Shown here: positions 33,897 to 37,533 of the stretch, piece by piece
Position numbering within the stretch: the stretch's first letter is position 1
How the letters are laid out: each line of letters opens with the position of its first letter
Assembly: GCA_964451745.1 (NCBI GenBank)
Contig: CAYVJP010000002.1
Coordinates: forward strand, 1 to 37,533
From: an uncultured Anaerolineaceae bacterium
GTDB taxonomy: Bacteria; Chloroflexota; Limnocylindria; Limnocylindrales; CSP1-4
Direction: 5' to 3'
DNA: 37,533 bases
Notes under the pieces: generated by a model
Seen by the model: the letters and a program-made list of their open reading frames with translations, nothing else
The model's database searches: none
Told to the model about the DNA's origin: nothing
Position numbers and translations under genes: made by a program

Positions 33897-35963
33897 TCAC
33901 TCGCCCGGATCGTCGATGTCGTCCTGCGAGATGAACCAGTTCTCGCGCCCGTAGATCTGGCGGGGCGAGGCGGGGTTGCGCGGGTCCTGCGGGCCGATGA
34001 TGCCGTAGCGCTCGAGTTCGTCCATCACGCGGCTGGCCCGGGCGAACCCGAGCTTGAGCTTGGTCTGGAGCATCGAGGTGCTCGCCCGCTGGGTGCTGGT
34101 CACGAGCTCGGCGGCCGGCACGGTCATCTCGTCCACCCCCAGCTTGCGCAGCCAGGCGAACTGGCCGCCCTCGCCGTTGGCCCCCTCCTCGGCGTCGGTG
34201 AAAGCCAGGATCTCCTCGTCGTAGAAGGTCCGGCCATCGGTCTGGTCGAGCCAGTGCTTGGTGATCGCGCTCACTTCGCGATCGCTCACGAAGACGCCCT
34301 GCATGCGCACCGGCCGCGGCAGGTCGACGGGCTGATAGAGCATGTCGCCGCGTCCGATGAGATCCTCGGCGCCGGGCGCGTCCAGGACGGTCCGCGAGTC
34401 GATCATCGAGGCCATCGCGAACGCGATCCGCGACGGGACGTTGGCCTTGATCAGCCCGGTCACGACATTCACCGAGGGGCGCTGGGTGGCCAGGACGAGG
34501 TGGATCCCCACGGCCCGGGCCTTCTGGGCGATCTTGACGATCGGGTCCTCCACCTTGCGGCCCTCGCGCATGATCAGGTCCGCGAGCTCGTCGATGATCA
34601 GGACGATGTAGGGCATCCGTTCCGCGGCGCCGTCCTCGCCGCCATTGACCGCCTCGGGTCGGCCGTTGAACGCCGCGATGTTGCGCACCCCGTGCGCGGC
34701 CAGGAGCTTGTAGCGCTCCTCCATCTCGCGGACCGCCCAATTGAGCACGGCCTTCGCCTCCCCGGGCTCCACGATGACGTGCTGGAGCAGGTGCGGCAGC
34801 CCGTTGTACGGGGCGAGTTCCACGCGCTTGAGGTCCACGAGCACCATGCGCACCTCGTCGGGCCGGGCTCGCATCAGCAGGCTCGTGATCAGCGCATTCA
34901 CGCACACGCTCTTGCCGGACCCCGTGGCACCGGCGACGAGCAGGTGGGGCATCTTGGCGAGGTCCACGGCATACGCCTTGCCCGACACGTCGCGCCCCAG
35001 GGCGAACGTCAACGGGCTCGTGGCCCCCAGCATCTGGCTCTCGTCCACGAGCGGCCGGAACCCGACCACCTCGCTGACCGAGTTGGGGATCTCGATGCCG
35101 ACGACGTCCTTGCCCGGGATCGGCGCCTCGATCCGGATGGATCGGGCGGCCAGGGCCATGGCCAGGTCGTCGGCGAGCGCCTCGATCCGCGACACCTTGA
35201 CGTGGTGCTCCGGGCGGACCTCGTACTGCGTCACGACCGGCCCGGAGTTGATCTTGGTCACCTTGGCCGGGATCGAGAAGCTCAGGAGCTTCTCTTCGAT
35301 CCGCCGGGCGTTGGCGGCGTGGTCCACCTCGCCGGACACCCGACCCGCGGCACGCGCCTCGAGCAGATCGATGGCGGGCAGGGTCCACTCGATGGCGTTG
35401 AGCGACTCCTGGGCGGTCGGGGTCTCGGTGGCCAGGGCCGTGGCGGTCCGGGCAGCGGATGCCGTCGCCCCGGTCATGGCGCCGCCCGTGGCGAGCGTGG
35501 CCGGCGCGCCGAGCGATCCACCATCGCCAGGCCCCGTCCAGACCGTCTGGCTCATCGGTGACTGGCTGGTCCTCGGCGCCGGATCGTCGAGGATGCTCCG
35601 GCTGGATCGCGCGGGGTCCTGGTCGTCGGCCTGGATGGGGACCGCCACCGGCGCCTTCGCGCCGTTGCCCGCCGTCGCGGTCTTCCCCTTGGCACCCTTC
35701 ATCGCGCCAGCGGCGGACGCGGCTCGTTGCTCCTGCGTCCGACGGACCGAATCGGCGGCGGTGGTGACGACCCAGTGCGCGGTCCCGGTCACGGGGTCCG
35801 TGAGCTGCCGCAGTCGCAGGTTGAACGCGAGCATGATCCCCAGGACGCCGATCGCCACGAAGAACACGAAGGTGCCTGGGCCGGTGCCCATGCCTCCCGC
35901 GGCCGCGGCGACGGCCGCGTCGTCCAGGAACTTGCAACGCGGCCTTGCACGATGGACATTCAA
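33897..35963 (-). CDS. ftsK: DNA translocase FtsK, C-terminal fragment (last TM, linker, motor alpha/beta, gamma domain); separated from its N-terminus by the 146-bp insertion
   Basis: ORF 33897..35963 (TTG at 35963; first ATG at 35891 directly after GGGAGG). Walker A VAGATGSGKS, Walker B LIIDELADL, ATQRPS, gamma domain STSMLQTKLKLGFARASRVMDELERYGIIGP. Confidence 0.85.
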   Translation of the reverse strand: MNVHRARPRCKFLDDAAVAAAAGGMGTGPGTFVFFVAIGVLGIMLAFNLRLRQLTDPVTGTAHWVVTTAADSVRRTQEQRAASAAGAMKGAKGKTATAGNGAKAPVAVPIQADDQDPARSSRSILDDPAPRTSQSPMSQTVWTGPGDGGSLGAPATLATGGAMTGATASAARTATALATETPTAQESLNAIEWTLPAIDLLEARAAGRVSGEVDHAANARRIEEKLLSFSIPAKVTKINSGPVVTQYEVRPEHHVKVSRIEALADDLAMALAARSIRIEAPIPGKDVVGIEIPNSVSEVVGFRPLVDESQMLGATSPLTFALGRDVSGKAYAVDLAKMPHLLVAGATGSGKSVCVNALITSLLMRARPDEVRMVLVDLKRVELAPYNGLPHLLQHVIVEPGEAKAVLNWAVREMEERYKLLAAHGVRNIAAFNGRPEAVNGGEDGAAERMPYIVLIIDELADLIMREGRKVEDPIVKIAQKARAVGIHLVLATQRPSVNVVTGLIKANVPSRIAFAMASMIDSRTVLDAPGAEDLIGRGDMLYQPVDLPRPVRMQGVFVSDREVSAITKHWLDQTDGRTFYDEEILAFTDAEEGANGEGGQFAWLRKLGVDEMTVPAAELVTSTQRASTSMLQTKLKLGFARASRVMDELERYGIIGPQDPRNPASPRQIYGRENWFISQDDIDDPGE
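35855..35886. repeat. Direct repeat copy A (32 nt, perfect), inside ftsK
   Basis: ccacgaagaacacgaaggtgcctgggccggtg, identical to 36001-36032. On the coding strand it encodes TGPGTFVFFV. Confidence 0.95.
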
Positions 35964-36000
35964 AAACGATCATGGGGATCAACTCCAAACAAAGAGTCGT
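35887..36000. other. 114-nt unique insert between the two repeat copies; compositionally foreign at one end
   Basis: 35951-36000 has 21/50 G+C in an otherwise very GC-rich gene. Carries the TGA (35960-35962) that ends the N-terminal ftsK ORF. A third frame reads MIVFECPSCKAALQVP. Confidence 0.8.
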
Positions 36001-36496
36001 CCACGAAGAACACGAAGGTGCCTGGGCCGGTGAGCAGCGGCTGCAGCGTCTCCGACAGGAACCGCCCGATGCGGCCACCGCCGCGTTCGACGTCGAGGAT
36101 GTCAAGGGCCAGGACCTCGAACGCCCCGAGCAGCGCGACGTAGGCGATCCCGAGCCCGATCAGGGTCATCCCCCACCCCGAGCCCGGATGGCGGCCGGGG
36201 CCGGCAGCCACGTACCAGCCCCCGATCAGGAGCAGGAACGGGAGCAGCCAGCGACCGGTCTCGAACCACGGCGCGATCGAGTCGCGCCACCAGTCGGTGA
36301 GCGCGCCTTCGCCGGGGAGGAGCAGTGCGATGAGCGTGATGGCGCCCAGGGCCATCATCAGCGTGCCCACCACCGAGCGGACGACGTCCGGGGTGATCCT
36401 GCCCAGCAACGCATCCGAGCGGGACCGTCGAGGCCGACGCGAGCTCCGTGTCGCGGTGGTTCGCGACGTGGACCGTCCGGTCCTGCGGGTCGCCAC
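35960..36496 (-). CDS. ftsK: DNA translocase FtsK, N-terminal membrane fragment (TM1-TM3 and the start of TM4), terminated inside the insertion
   Basis: ORF 35960..36496 (GTG start 2 nt after the RNase J stop). Arg-rich N-terminus then TM helices. ...GGGRIGRFLSETLQPLLTGPGTFVFFV then runs into DDSLFGVDPHDRF-stop. Confidence 0.8.
   Translation of the reverse strand: MATRRTGRSTSRTTATRSSRRPRRSRSDALLGRITPDVVRSVVGTLMMALGAITLIALLLPGEGALTDWWRDSIAPWFETGRWLLPFLLLIGGWYVAAGPGRHPGSGWGMTLIGLGIAYVALLGAFEVLALDILDVERGGGRIGRFLSETLQPLLTGPGTFVFFVDDSLFGVDPHDRF
36001..36032. repeat. Direct repeat copy B (32 nt, perfect), inside ftsK
   Basis: Identical to 35855-35886, offset 146 nt. Confidence 0.95.
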
Positions 36497-36498
36497 CG

Positions 36499-37533
36499 CT
36501 AGACCTCGACCACGACCGGGAACACCATCGGTCGTCGCTTGGTCTGCTCGTAGAGGTAACGCGACACGCCGTCCTTGATCTGCGACTTGAGGAGGGCGAC
36601 TTCGCTGATGTGGTCGCCGGGCGTATCGATCGCCTGCATGACCCGCTCGACCGCCTCTTCCATGATCGGGTCCTTCTCGTTGAGATGGACGAACCCGCGG
36701 GTCACGATCTCGGGCCGACCCACGACCGCTCCGGTCTGCTTGTCCACCGTGACGACGATCATGAACATGCCGTCGTTCGCGAGCGAGCGTCGGTCGCGCA
36801 GGACGATCTCCCCCACGTCGCCGACCGACAGGCCGTCCACGAACACGTACCCGGCGGTGACGGGAGCCCCGCGGCGCGCCGATCCGTCGGCGAAGAGCTC
36901 GATCGGCGTGCCGTTCTCGATGATGAACACGTTGTCCGGCTGGACCCCCGTCTCGATCGCCAGGCGGCCGTGCTGGACCTGCATCCGGAACTCGCCGTGG
37001 ATGGGGATGAAGTGCCTGGGCTTGGTGAGCCCCAGCATCAGCTTGAGCTCCTCCTGGCTGGCATGCCCGGACACGTGCGCCCGCTTGATGGTGTGGTAAT
37101 AGACGTTCGCGCCCGCCTTGAAGAGGTTATCGATCGTGCGCGACACGTACTCCTCGTTGCCCGGGATCGGGCTCGCGCTGACGATGACCGTATCGCCCGG
37201 TTCGATCTCCACGAATCGATGATCCCGGTTGGCCATGCGCGCGAGGCCGGCCATCGGTTCGCCCTGGGCCCCGGTCGTGGCGATCACGAGCTTCTGATCC
37301 GGGTGATCCTTGATCTTGTCCTTGGGGACGATCCGCGACGGATCGTAGGTGAGGTACCCGAGGTCGGTCGCGATCCGGAAGTTCTGCTCCATGGAGCGCC
37401 CGATGACCGAGACGTTGCGACCCATGTCGGCGGCAGCGTCGAGGACCTGCTGGACGCGCGCGATGTTGCTCGCGAACGTGGCGACGATGACGCGACCATC
37501 GAGCGGTTCCATGATCTCGCGGAAGGCTTCGCC
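36499..37533 (-). CDS. rnj: Ribonuclease J (beta-CASP metallo-beta-lactamase RNase), C-terminal two-thirds; 5' end lies beyond the window
   Basis: ORF 36499..37512 continues in frame to the window edge. ATFASNIARVQQ, VIGRSM, VSGHASQEELKLML, FIPIHGE and the C-terminal domain are typical of RNase J. Confidence 0.9.
   Translation of the reverse strand, partial: GEAFREIMEPLDGRVIVATFASNIARVQQVLDAAADMGRNVSVIGRSMEQNFRIATDLGYLTYDPSRIVPKDKIKDHPDQKLVIATTGAQGEPMAGLARMANRDHRFVEIEPGDTVIVSASPIPGNEEYVSRTIDNLFKAGANVYYHTIKRAHVSGHASQEELKLMLGLTKPRHFIPIHGEFRMQVQHGRLAIETGVQPDNVFIIENGTPIELFADGSARRGAPVTAGYVFVDGLSVGDVGEIVLRDRRSLANDGMFMIVVTVDKQTGAVVGRPEIVTRGFVHLNEKDPIMEEAVERVMQAIDTPGDHISEVALLKSQIKDGVSRYLYEQTKRRPMVFPVVVEV

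Noticed and set aside
35899-35906. NotI (GCGGCCGC) flanked by SacII sites inside the ftsK insert, suggesting cloning-vector contamination
   Set aside because: The motif arises naturally from Ala codons (GCG GCC GCG) in GC-rich DNA, and the flanks do not match any polylinker I recognise.
35855-36032. Programmed translational bypassing (a ribosome hop from the first to the second TGPGTFVFFV-coding copy)
   Set aside because: Known bypass elements are far shorter (tens of nt) and place a stop codon right after the take-off codon with a specific hairpin. Here the stop is 41 nt downstream of the upstream repeat copy (36001-36032, where a take-off codon would lie) and the gap is 146 nt. Recombination or an assembly artefact are much more parsimonious.
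33865-36105. 746-aa ORF overlapping ftsK in another frame, with antisense ORFs 33828..35561 and 34741..36033
   Set aside because: They are Arg/Gly/Pro-rich nonsense translations, whereas the ftsK frame carries Walker A/B and gamma-domain motifs. The one interesting part (MIVFECPSCKAALQVP) lies inside the 146-bp insert and is discussed in the ftsK finding.

Overview
This is a very GC-rich, densely coding chromosomal segment of actinobacterial type. Supporting signs are F420/deazaflavin enzymes, an ECF sigma module, many 4-nt start/stop overlaps, apparently leaderless starts, and rnj-ftsK-HTH(RodZ-like)-cinA synteny. I call about 50 protein-coding genes. Most are ordinary metabolic or housekeeping functions: flavin/F420 oxidoreductases, VOC/glyoxalase proteins, pirin, a TPP enzyme, an MFS transporter, a rhodanese, a Mur ligase, YajQ and RNase J. 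I see no rRNA, tRNA, CRISPR array, transposase, integrase or recognisable defence/toxin module, so I cannot honestly point to a multi-gene new system. Two things stand out. (i) ftsK is interrupted by a 146-bp segment bounded by perfect 32-bp direct repeats, and precise excision would restore a single 817-codon ORF. (ii) The leader of a rhodanese-MFS operon carries a 24-codon Cys-rich upstream ORF, alternative hairpins and a strong intrinsic terminator, which makes it a candidate cysteine-sensing attenuator. Lesser oddities are a second long-direct-repeat footprint at the 3' end of a protease gene, a DRG/Obg-like GTPase with non-canonical G3/G4 motifs, a PAP2/haloperoxidase-like protein with altered catalytic motifs, and several small membrane ORFs. 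All product calls come from motif recognition by eye on the supplied translations, not from database searches. Start codons were chosen by eye from in-frame ATG/GTG/TTG codons, Shine-Dalgarno-like sequences and gene overlaps.
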